64,000 nt of DNA from a virus, in IMG/VR virus record IMGVR_UViG_3300021963_008193, positions 1-64,000 of that record; one strand, given 5' to 3'. Positions 19,226 to 27,893 of the stretch are shown here, piece after piece. The notes under the pieces are model-generated. The model was given only the letters and a program-made list of their open reading frames with translations. It searched no databases and was not told where the DNA came from. Numbering within the stretch: position 1 is the stretch's first letter; each line of letters starts with the position of its first letter. Position numbers and translations under genes: made by a program.

Positions 19226-19750
19226 ATGAAAAGATTAATCATAAATGAAAGTGAACGAGAGTTAATTAAACTACTTCATGAATCCGCGATTAAAAAAGAA
19301 AAAAGAAATTTAATTTCCGAGGCTAACGGTCAGTCTAAAGAAGAATACCAAGCATGTATCAAACAAATGGGGTCCCCATCCCCAACTACCTCAGGACAAT
19401 GGAGTATTGGTGGAATTAGGTCATTAAAAGGATATCAATTCTATTCCAACATGAGGGTTAGGAAACCTGATGGAGGAATGACTAACTACTCATGTTCAGG
19501 TAATAAAATAGTTATTGATGGTAAAACCTATACAGTATCAAATGGTACTAAAAAAAGTTATAGTTATTACATTAAACAAGCTCAAACATTGTTAGGTGTT
19601 CCTACAACAGGTATTGTTGATGATAAAACATTAGAAGCCGCTAAGACAAAACTTGGAGGAGGTGCAACACCATCCTCAACAACTGATTCATCATCAACAA
19701 CTACAACAACAACGGTTGCACCTGTTACAACAACAAGTTTAGACCTTTAA
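19226..19750 (+). CDS. Hypothetical protein with degenerate PG-binding motif and Thr/Ser tail
   Basis: ATG at 19226 (MKRLIINESE) after the late motif at 19205-19212; IKQAQTLLGVPTTGIVDDKTLEA. Confidence 0.6.
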   Translation: MKRLIINESERELIKLLHESAIKKEKRNLISEANGQSKEEYQACIKQMGSPSPTTSGQWSIGGIRSLKGYQFYSNMRVRKPDGGMTNYSCSGNKIVIDGKTYTVSNGTKKSYSYYIKQAQTLLGVPTTGIVDDKTLEAAKTKLGGGATPSSTTDSSSTTTTTTVAPVTTTSLDL

Positions 19751-19776
19751 AAAAAAATAATTAAAAACGTAAAACA

Positions 19777-20322
19777 ATGAAAAAACTATATTTTTTAAAC
19801 GAGGAAGAGTCTAATAGAATATTAAATCTTCACAAAAAGGCAGTTAAAAAACAATTTTTAAATGAAGCTGGACCATATCAAGATACTGAGTCTATACCAT
19901 CCTCCCCTACAACACCTGCATCACCAACTACACCCACTACTCCATCAACACCTACTACACCCACAACACCAACTACTCCGTCAACACCTGCGTCACCAAC
20001 AACGTCTACACCAACAACACCAACAGGTTCGTTGACTCAACAGTTACAAACTCTTATAGGTGCAAAGGCGGATGATAAGTTTGGTAAATTGTCATTACAG
20101 GCATTGACTGATAAATTAAAAACCGTCCCAAAACCAAGTACACCAACACCCGCAACAGGAACACCCGCAACAGGAACACCCGCGACAGGAACACCTGCGA
20201 CAGGAACACCTGCGACAGGAACACCTGCGACAGGAACACCCGCAACAGGAACACCCGCAACAGGAACACCCGCAACAGGAACACCTGCGACAGGGACTAA
20301 AATGAATAATACTGATTTATAA
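19777..20322 (+). CDS. Pro/Thr-rich protein with degenerate PG-binding motif and TPATG repeats
   Basis: QQLQTLIGAKADDKFGKLSLQA flanked by TP-rich segments. Confidence 0.65.
   Translation: MKKLYFLNEEESNRILNLHKKAVKKQFLNEAGPYQDTESIPSSPTTPASPTTPTTPSTPTTPTTPTTPSTPASPTTSTPTTPTGSLTQQLQTLIGAKADDKFGKLSLQALTDKLKTVPKPSTPTPATGTPATGTPATGTPATGTPATGTPATGTPATGTPATGTPATGTPATGTKMNNTDL
20146..20295 (+). repeat. 10 x 15-bp tandem repeat ACACCYGCRACAGGR (TPATG)
   Basis: Counted directly; variation only at third codon positions. Confidence 0.95.
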
Positions 20323-20703
20323 TTAAACCACGATACAATCAATAATTCTACTTGCGGTAGAATAGTTGGTGGCTAACGGAACGTCATGGACGTTACAAAT
20401 TCTTAATAACATACTAACATCCACTTGATGTGGATGAACTTCTAAAGGGTCGATGAAGAATATAACTACATCGACTTCTTTATTTATAATCATTGATGCA
20501 ATCTGAGCATCACCACCCATTGGTCCACTGAATACTGTTTGAACTTTCTGTAACCCCGCGTGAATTAAGTGTTTTCCCGTTGTCCCCGTTGCAACAACTT
20601 CAACATTGTTTGAGGTGAAGAACGGTAAACGTTTCATAACAAATGAAACCATATCAGCCTTCTTCCCATCATGAGCAATTAACGCTAATTTAATTTTGTT
20701 CAT
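20323..20703 (-). CDS. mgsA: Methylglyoxal synthase
   Basis: LALIAHDGKK, VATGTTG, SGPMGGDAQI, FFIDPL..HPHQVDV..LLRIC.VH.VPLATN. Confidence 0.93.
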   Translation of the reverse strand: MNKIKLALIAHDGKKADMVSFVMKRLPFFTSNNVEVVATGTTGKHLIHAGLQKVQTVFSGPMGGDAQIASMIINKEVDVVIFFIDPLEVHPHQVDVSMLLRICNVHDVPLATNYSTASRIIDCIVV

Positions 20704-20926
20704 CAACTTCTTCTTTTTTTGATAATACTCGAATACATTTGGAAATCACTTCAGATTCACCTAAAGAATAAACACCTGATTCATGGGCATATTTAACGGC
20801 TTGTACCAATAGATAGATTGAATGGTCTTTATCCATAGTCTGTAATAATACATCCAAATGGTCTTCATTAAGTAATGGGACCGAATTAAATAATTTCCCA
20901 AATAATTGTTGTTCTTCCATTTCCAT
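20690..20926 (-). CDS. Hypothetical protein
   Basis: 78-aa ORF coupled to mgsA. Confidence 0.65.
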   Translation of the reverse strand: MEMEEQQLFGKLFNSVPLLNEDHLDVLLQTMDKDHSIYLLVQAVKYAHESGVYSLGESEVISKCIRVLSKKEEVDEQN

Positions 20927-20965
20927 AGTTTACGATATTTATAAGTATAAGTATTATTTTTCATA

Positions 20966-21928
20966 ATGTTAAGAGATATCGTAAATAAGATAAAGGAGGA
21001 AATCCTTAAAGAAGCCACAGGGGAATCAGGTGCTAGAGGGTCATATGTGGGACCGTTCCAACCAGGTGTTAAGGAATTTAATAAAAATGTTTTAGGACCT
21101 TTTAATATTCCTGTATCAAAATATAATGACGCCATGTTGGAGTATGACAGTTACGATGGTAAAATGGACGAACCAAAAAAACAAATTAAAAAGATTGAGA
21201 GTAAAGCTAAGAAAGAATCCGATTACCTTAAAAAACATCCTAATTTGACCTCAAGTGATGATGATGGTAACAATATTAACCAAACACCTGGAAAGGGTCT
21301 ACAAATGGTCCCTATAAAAGAAAGTGGTACATCAATTAGTGCAGGTCCTTATAACGGACCAATGGAGATAGGATTAAAAAAATGGAAAAAAGAACATTTA
21401 GGACCATTCCAAGAGTTTGTTGATACAGAGTTTAATCATAAGAAAAAACAAAAAACATTAAAGAATAACATAAATACCGTTGTTGGGGTTTGGGAAAAAA
21501 ACGCTGATGGTACTTATGATACTGATGAACATGATGTTCATACTGTTAATGAATGGATTGAAGTAACTGACGATTTAATTGTTGAGGATTTGGGTGTTTG
21601 GTTTGGAACCAAAAAGAAACCTAAAGGTAGTAGTCAACCTAAAGGTCCTTGGGTTAATATATGTAAAAAAGTTGACGGTCATCATCCACCATGTGGTAGA
21701 CCTGAAGCATCTGATAAATCATACCCTAAATGTAGAGCAGCAGGTGTTGCGGGTAAAATGACCGATTCTGAAAAACGTTCTGCTTGTAGTCAAAAAAGAA
21801 AGGCTGAAAAAACACATTCTAAAAGTGGTACAGGTAATTCACCAAAAATGGTTAGTTATAAACCAAGGGAAAAACAAAATGAATCACTTAAAGACTTAAT
21901 AAAGAACGAATTACGAAGATTAATCTAA
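20966..21928 (+). CDS. Hypothetical protein with a basic Cys-containing C-terminal domain (L..WF...WV...CGR...YPKC), as seen in T4-like phage and large-virus proteins
   Basis: DLGVWFG...WVNIC...PCGR...YPKCR...KM...EKRSA...KRKAE; late motif at 20936-20943. Confidence 0.6.
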   Translation: MLRDIVNKIKEEILKEATGESGARGSYVGPFQPGVKEFNKNVLGPFNIPVSKYNDAMLEYDSYDGKMDEPKKQIKKIESKAKKESDYLKKHPNLTSSDDDGNNINQTPGKGLQMVPIKESGTSISAGPYNGPMEIGLKKWKKEHLGPFQEFVDTEFNHKKKQKTLKNNINTVVGVWEKNADGTYDTDEHDVHTVNEWIEVTDDLIVEDLGVWFGTKKKPKGSSQPKGPWVNICKKVDGHHPPCGRPEASDKSYPKCRAAGVAGKMTDSEKRSACSQKRKAEKTHSKSGTGNSPKMVSYKPREKQNESLKDLIKNELRRLI

Positions 21929-22336
21929 ATTCTTAATTCTATCGTGAATATTCTTTAATGAAAATTTAATTTGAGTCATTATCTCGTCCTCATATTCTTT
22001 TCTAATCTTTTCAGTTTTACCATCATACATAGTAGTGATTCTATCCCAATCCCTCTGAGACACTTTAACGTCATAATGATAAACGTGATTAGTAATACTG
22101 ATATTTCTTTCATCTAAAATTACAAATAACCCAAGGTCTTCATTTTTAATATATCTCACCATTGATAATGGGGCGATTAAGAACTTAGAATTAGCATGTG
22201 AAATCATACTACGACATATGGACAAACACAAAGTTTCTGTATCAGAAACTTTTGTTTCGTTTTGTAACCATTTATATTTTGTTTTTAAACGCCATTTTAC
22301 ATATAATCGTCTAAACAACTTTCTTAATTTGAACAT
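21920..22336 (-). CDS. Hypothetical protein (probably early)
   Basis: 138-aa ORF preceded on the minus strand by TAAATTTG (a Bacteroidota -7 element). Confidence 0.65.
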   Translation of the reverse strand: MFKLRKLFRRLYVKWRLKTKYKWLQNETKVSDTETLCLSICRSMISHANSKFLIAPLSMVRYIKNEDLGLFVILDERNISITNHVYHYDVKVSQRDWDRITTMYDGKTEKIRKEYEDEIMTQIKFSLKNIHDRIKNLD

Positions 22337-22375
22337 AATTTTTATTTTAATACAAATTTAGAAAACTTTTTCCAT

Positions 22376-22405
22376 AAAAAAAAGGACCTGAGTCCTTTTT
22401 ATTTT
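22376..22405. terminator. Terminator hairpin with A/T tracts on both sides
   Basis: AAAAAAAAGGAC-CTGA-GTCCTTTTT. Confidence 0.75.
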
Positions 22406-22865
22406 AACAATATGGTGATGAACATCGTTTTTTACCATCTAAACCTGGCATCTTACCTTTACATACTTGGACGGCATAACCATTAGCGTAAGCGGATGGG
22501 TACACTTTAAATTTAGATTTAGCCGCTGACTTACCTCTTGAACATAGTTTTGTACCTGTTTTTTTTCTTCCTTCCATCATAACATTATCCATGTCTTCAG
22601 AATCGTCTTTTTTTGTTTCATTCATCAAGAAATCAAACACTTGGTCAATAGATTCTTTTGCAGTTGCGATATGGTCTTGAGCCCAATCGTGTCCATTTTC
22701 TAAAATCTTTTGAAGTTCGTTTTCATTTTGTTTTAATAACAAACCTGTTTGTCTATGTATTTGTTCTAAATTACTAAAGAACATGTATCTATCATTTTCT
22801 TGTTCTTTAACAACTTTAGAAATTAATCTTGTTAAATCTGATTCACTTACTCTTATTACTTTCAT
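22404..22865 (-). CDS. Hypothetical protein with DUF5872-like YPSAYA domain
   Basis: KLCSRGKSAAKSKFKVYPSAYANGYAVQVCKG; also DWAQDHIATAKE.I.QV..FL; leader MKVIRVSESDLTRLISKVVKEQ. Confidence 0.6.
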   Translation of the reverse strand: MKVIRVSESDLTRLISKVVKEQENDRYMFFSNLEQIHRQTGLLLKQNENELQKILENGHDWAQDHIATAKESIDQVFDFLMNETKKDDSEDMDNVMMEGRKKTGTKLCSRGKSAAKSKFKVYPSAYANGYAVQVCKGKMPGLDGKKRCSSPYC

Positions 22866-22866
22866 T

Positions 22867-23178
22867 TTAATCTTTGATTTTATATGTGTTCATATATGCC
22901 TTTTCAGCATAATCTAAGAATTTATCTCCATAGATACGACATAATCTATTCATTACTAATTGAGGATTCTTTCTCATATAACGAAGGATATCGGCAGGTA
23001 TTTGTTCATCATACTTGCCGAATAATCCTTGTATTTGTTTTTCTCTTGGAATCATTTTTACATGAGGTTCCACAGTGAATTCGGGTTCTCCAATTGTGTC
23101 ATCAAAGTCTTCTTCATTAAGAACTCGTTTAATAATTCTATTTAAATCAGATTCTGTTAATTTTACAACTTTTTTCAT
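22867..23178 (-). CDS. Hypothetical protein with conserved leader
   Basis: MKKVVKLTESDLNRIIKRVLNEE, paralogous to the N-terminus of the next gene. Confidence 0.7.
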   Translation of the reverse strand: MKKVVKLTESDLNRIIKRVLNEEDFDDTIGEPEFTVEPHVKMIPREKQIQGLFGKYDEQIPADILRYMRKNPQLVMNRLCRIYGDKFLDYAEKAYMNTYKIKD

Positions 23179-23180
23179 AG

Positions 23181-23396
23181 TTAAGAATTTAAACCGTTCA
23201 TTCCTCCTAAAGCAACCGCGTCTAACAATACTACTGCTTTACCTTGGTCATTTAACCACGTTGGGTGTGGTGGTGTTATAGACACAGTGTTTCCACTACA
23301 GTCTAAGACACATACGTTATATTCAGTTCCTGCAGATATCGGAGCTAATGCTTCCTCAACGTTGGGGAACAAAAATGATGGATTTATATTTGACAT
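23181..23396 (-). CDS. Small hypothetical protein (possible structural)
   Basis: 71-aa ORF packed in the operon with 2- and 14-nt gaps to its neighbours. Confidence 0.6.
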   Translation of the reverse strand: MSNINPSFLFPNVEEALAPISAGTEYNVCVLDCSGNTVSITPPHPTWLNDQGKAVVLLDAVALGGMNGLNS

Positions 23397-23410
23397 AATT
23401 TTGTTTTTTT

Positions 23411-26400
23411 TTAATAGTAATAGTTTATTATTTCGTAAGCCTCTACACCTCCTGTAGTAAATATCGGACCGTTAGCCAATACATTATCAATATTTGTTTT
23501 AGTCATTGTACGTGTTGTAACATACTCAGTAACTCCTGTTCTAACGTATAATATAGTGCTAAGTAATTGTCCACAATCTTCACAACTATTGTAACTTGTA
23601 AAATCAGTTGCGGTAAATAATGAGAAATTAAGTGCGTTTACAAATGGTGATTCACTTGACCAAGTCACTCCTGTATTTGATGAACTTTGTCCTGCACAAA
23701 TATCGTTATCTAAATTATCTTCATCGTTTGAGGTTATTAACAATATTACATTTGCGTCACAAGTTAATGGTGATGTTGGGACTGTTATGTTTGGTCCTGA
23801 ATAGATAGCTGATTGGTTATTTATTCTAAAATTTGTTATATATCCTTTGAATATACCATCATTATCGGTTTGATTACCAATAACCAAAGGGTATGTGTTT
23901 GCTAAGTCAATACTATAAGGTTCTTCAGATACGACACGTAGACCATCAACATATACACTCCATAAATGTTGTGACCCATTAAAGTATCTTGTTATTGCGA
24001 AATGAATCCATTTATTTTCTAAATCAGTTAAATTAAGACCTAAATTATATGTTTGACCATCACCAATCCAAAGAAGTCCTCCACCTTCAAAGGAAATTTG
24101 AAGTACGTTAGTCCCACCACCATAAGTACCTATTGAGAACGGTCTTGCTGGCGTATTTACCTCACCTCCCCAATATTGGAACCATTCTATAGTTAAATCC
24201 CATTCACCTGCTCCCCCAAATCCAAATTGACCAGCTGAGTTATCAACTTGGACCATAGTATTATTATCACCACCAAAGTACATACTACCACCGATACCAC
24301 CACTTTGAGTTAATTGTGGTGTTGTTATTACTCCATTGTCAAGACCACACACTGCAGCTCTATTATTTACGTTTGCTTTGATTATACCTAATTGAGTATC
24401 ATTGGTTGGTAAATAGATATTTGACAATGAATTATCACAAGTAATAAATGAATGTAACTCATATTCTTCTCCGATGAACAATTCTAATAGTCGGTCATAA
24501 GGACTATTAAATCTACCACCTACTAATAATCTTCCTGAAGATAGTAATAAAGTTTTATTTACGTAATCATCATCTAAATCAAAAGTAAACGTCTCATCTA
24601 AAGTACCATTTGAATTTAATCTTACTAAATATGGGATATTATTATGAGCACTATTATTATCTTCATAATCGTTAAATTGTCCACCAAGCATAATTTTACC
24701 ATTTGGTAAAAGAGAAGCTGACAATACTGCCCCATCAAATCCCCCATTATTATCCCAATTACGAGTTGTAAATGTTTCATCAATAACATATTGTCTATTA
24801 ACTTTAACTAATCTAACAATATTTTGAGGAATCCAAGTATTATTATAATCTCGAAGGTATCCTCCATCGGCACCACCAATAATAACTAACTTACCGTCAG
24901 GTTGTGTTAATATTTGATTCACTCTTGGTCTACTTCCAGTGTCAACGTTAAATCCATCACCAAAGTCAGGTAATATTTCACCTGTTGGGGACAATTTAAC
25001 AATACCACCTACGTTAGTTCCGTTATACCAATTAAACCAACCCCCAACAACAATGTTTTCGGTGTAAGTTACGGGTCCATTTTCATTATAAAAAGGGGTG
25101 TTTCTAATTGATTCGATATTGATTGTAAATACATCATCTCCGTCAAATCCATCTCCCATAACAAATGTTCTATCAGGAGTACCATTAGAATTTAATCTAA
25201 CAATTTGAGGACAGTAGAAATCATAGTAATAACTAAAACCACCACCTACAACAATTTTACCGTCTTTTTGGATAGCAATAGCTCTAACTATACCATTAAA
25301 TTCACTATTAAAGGTAAATCCTGAGTCGATAGTTCCATCAGAATTTAATCTAATTATACGTCCAGCATTATATCCGTCATAATTTGTGAAATTACCACCT
25401 ACTAATATTTTACCATCGGGTTGTAAAGCAATTGCTCTAATATAATTATTGAATTGTCCTAAGTAGAATGTTTCGTCTAAACTTCCGTCAGGATTTATTC
25501 TCATAAAATTACCGACAGGAACCTCAAGATAGTCATTAAAATTACCACCAACTAATATCTTACCATCAGGTTGTTCTACCATTGTATAAACTAAACTACC
25601 GTCAAACCCTGTGTTACGGAAACCTCCATTTAAAACACCTTCAGGACTTACCTTAGTTAAACCTAATGAACATAAATCTTCATAACTTTCGGAGTTTATA
25701 TCTCCTAAATTAACAAAACTATAAATCTCAGGAGTTCCACCTGAAATAAATTCATAAGGTCCATATGAGTAGTAATTAAATAAAACCTTAACAGGATTGT
25801 CACCTGTAGGTATTAATAACGCGGTTGGTCCATAAATTGCTTTATGAATTAATGGATAAGTACTTTCCATTTCTGTACAAGAATTTGCTCCATAAATTAA
25901 ACCATTTGAGTCTACCGCTTCCTCACAAGAAGAATAAGGTGCGTAATTAATTGAAGGTAAATAATCCCAAATAGGGTAAGGGACATTCCAATTCTCGTCT
26001 GTTTTTATCTGAGCGGCGAACTTACTAAAAGTTCTACCATCCGCGTCATAAATCATATCGATATATAAAATGTCACCAACCTCATATTTTTTATCAACAA
26101 CCCAGAATGTCATACCATCGTCAATATAAGGAAAATAACAATCCTCAACTGTAACTAATTTATAGTTATCTATGTAAGCGTCGCCACAATAACTGTAAGA
26201 GTTAACCTCCACATATTCAATAAGATTGGACGGGTAACTATAATCAATGTAACCACAAACAGTCACCGATGGATTTCGTAGACTTTGGAAACTATGAACT
26301 GATTCGAATTCTAAAGGAGTCATTGACCCTACCACATAGGTAATTCTTTCGTCCATTAATGGTCGTGCACATGCTACAACATTATATGTATATGGGTATA

Positions 26401-27856
26401 CTGAAATTGAGTTATGTAATCTACCGAAGTAGTTAAGTGGGTATACCGTTGGGTCTGCGTTACCAAAAAAACCACCAATTAAAATATTATCATCTTCTAA
26501 AATGGTGATATACTCAACACCACTATTTAAAATGTCATCATAAGAAAAACTATAATCAAATGAACAATCAGAATGAAATCTAACCAACTCATCTATAGGA
26601 AGTCTATTATTATTGTTATCATAATAGTTATTAAAGTAGCCACCAACTAATATTTTACCATCAGATTGTATTGCTAATGAGTGTACTTGATTATCTAATC
26701 CGTAACCAAATAAAGTATCTAACGTACCATTAGAACTTAATCTAACAATGTGACCACTAAATAAATCATTATTGTCAAATAAATAAAAATACCCACCAAC
26801 AATAATTTTACCGTCTGATTGTAATGCAATTGTCATAACCTCAGTATCAAATCCATTCCCTGTTTGGAATGTTGTATCTAAAGTACCATCAGAATTTAAT
26901 CTTGTAATATAATTTTGAGTACTAAACCCATAAGTTGTAAAGTAACCCCCTACCAATATTTTACCATCTGATTGTAATTCAATTACATTTACATAACAAT
27001 CATCGGGACCACTAAATGCAACATCACCATCACCAATTAAGAATGAACTATCAATACTACCATTAGAGTTTAATCTAATGATACGATATGCGTCTATATT
27101 ATTATATTGTGTAAATTCACCACCAACTATTATTTTACCATCAGGTTGTACGTGAATATCGTAAACATTCCCGTTAAATCCATCACCAATATTAAATGTT
27201 GTATCTCTACTACCATCAGAATTCAATCTAATTATACTATTAAAAGTATCACAGTCACCGTCTCTATCAAATCGTGTAAAAGCACCACCCACTAATATCT
27301 TTCCGTCAGGTTGTATCTCAAGTGTGTAAACAGTATCATCAAAACCTCCACCATAACAATCCTCATTATATGAGATATCAAATGATTCGTCAATTGTACC
27401 GTCAGTGTTTAGTCTTATTAAACGATTATTTCTGTAAGAGTCACCATTATAATAGTAGTTAACAAATCCTCCACCAATTACATATCTTCCATCGGAATCC
27501 ACCGCAATATGATATACCGCACCGTCAAATCCATCTACTCCAAAACCACCACCCGCAGGGAATGAATAATCAACTGTACCTGCGGTAAATGGTAAATCAA
27601 TACCTTGAGGAACTGTTAATGAACGTCTATTGGATACCGTTTGAGTTTGAGTTGTTGCAGTTATAAAAACAGGTTCTGAATTTTTAGTTCTAGACGGACC
27701 ATTTTGAGGTGTTTTATTAATGGTTACAGGACCCTCAATAATAGGTGAAGACATGTTTAAGGTTTGTGTGGAACCACTAAGATTTGTTTTAATCAAGTCT
27801 AATGTAGTAAATTCGGTATTACCACCCCATCCGTTAAATTTTGATTTGTTAGTCAT
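23411..27856 (-). CDS. Large delta-60-repeat (beta-propeller) protein with C-terminal LamG/concanavalin-like domain; putative virion adhesin
   Basis: About 14 copies of V..IA.QxDGKILVGG.F...I.RLNSDG.LD.TF in two clusters; LTIEWF...NKWIHFAITR...VYVDG...GYITNFRI (LamG). Likely start 27856 (MTNKSKF). Confidence 0.85.
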   Translation of the reverse strand: MTNKSKFNGWGGNTEFTTLDLIKTNLSGSTQTLNMSSPIIEGPVTINKTPQNGPSRTKNSEPVFITATTQTQTVSNRRSLTVPQGIDLPFTAGTVDYSFPAGGGFGVDGFDGAVYHIAVDSDGRYVIGGGFVNYYYNGDSYRNNRLIRLNTDGTIDESFDISYNEDCYGGGFDDTVYTLEIQPDGKILVGGAFTRFDRDGDCDTFNSIIRLNSDGSRDTTFNIGDGFNGNVYDIHVQPDGKIIVGGEFTQYNNIDAYRIIRLNSNGSIDSSFLIGDGDVAFSGPDDCYVNVIELQSDGKILVGGYFTTYGFSTQNYITRLNSDGTLDTTFQTGNGFDTEVMTIALQSDGKIIVGGYFYLFDNNDLFSGHIVRLSSNGTLDTLFGYGLDNQVHSLAIQSDGKILVGGYFNNYYDNNNNRLPIDELVRFHSDCSFDYSFSYDDILNSGVEYITILEDDNILIGGFFGNADPTVYPLNYFGRLHNSISVYPYTYNVVACARPLMDERITYVVGSMTPLEFESVHSFQSLRNPSVTVCGYIDYSYPSNLIEYVEVNSYSYCGDAYIDNYKLVTVEDCYFPYIDDGMTFWVVDKKYEVGDILYIDMIYDADGRTFSKFAAQIKTDENWNVPYPIWDYLPSINYAPYSSCEEAVDSNGLIYGANSCTEMESTYPLIHKAIYGPTALLIPTGDNPVKVLFNYYSYGPYEFISGGTPEIYSFVNLGDINSESYEDLCSLGLTKVSPEGVLNGGFRNTGFDGSLVYTMVEQPDGKILVGGNFNDYLEVPVGNFMRINPDGSLDETFYLGQFNNYIRAIALQPDGKILVGGNFTNYDGYNAGRIIRLNSDGTIDSGFTFNSEFNGIVRAIAIQKDGKIVVGGGFSYYYDFYCPQIVRLNSNGTPDRTFVMGDGFDGDDVFTINIESIRNTPFYNENGPVTYTENIVVGGWFNWYNGTNVGGIVKLSPTGEILPDFGDGFNVDTGSRPRVNQILTQPDGKLVIIGGADGGYLRDYNNTWIPQNIVRLVKVNRQYVIDETFTTRNWDNNGGFDGAVLSASLLPNGKIMLGGQFNDYEDNNSAHNNIPYLVRLNSNGTLDETFTFDLDDDYVNKTLLLSSGRLLVGGRFNSPYDRLLELFIGEEYELHSFITCDNSLSNIYLPTNDTQLGIIKANVNNRAAVCGLDNGVITTPQLTQSGGIGGSMYFGGDNNTMVQVDNSAGQFGFGGAGEWDLTIEWFQYWGGEVNTPARPFSIGTYGGGTNVLQISFEGGGLLWIGDGQTYNLGLNLTDLENKWIHFAITRYFNGSQHLWSVYVDGLRVVSEEPYSIDLANTYPLVIGNQTDNDGIFKGYITNFRINNQSAIYSGPNITVPTSPLTCDANVILLITSNDEDNLDNDICAGQSSSNTGVTWSSESPFVNALNFSLFTATDFTSYNSCEDCGQLLSTILYVRTGVTEYVTTRTMTKTNIDNVLANGPIFTTGGVEAYEIINYYY

Positions 27857-27893
27857 TTTACTTTTTTTATTTATAAATATCAATTTATTATGA

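Noticed and set aside
20037-20342. Minus-strand VPVAG and VFLLR repeat ORFs
   Set aside because: They are shadows of the 15-bp TPATG repeat; third-position variation fits the plus-strand frame.
20761-21135. 124-aa minus-strand ORF spanning the divergent intergenic region
   Set aside because: It overlaps two better-supported genes and the promoter box, and has no recognisable motif.
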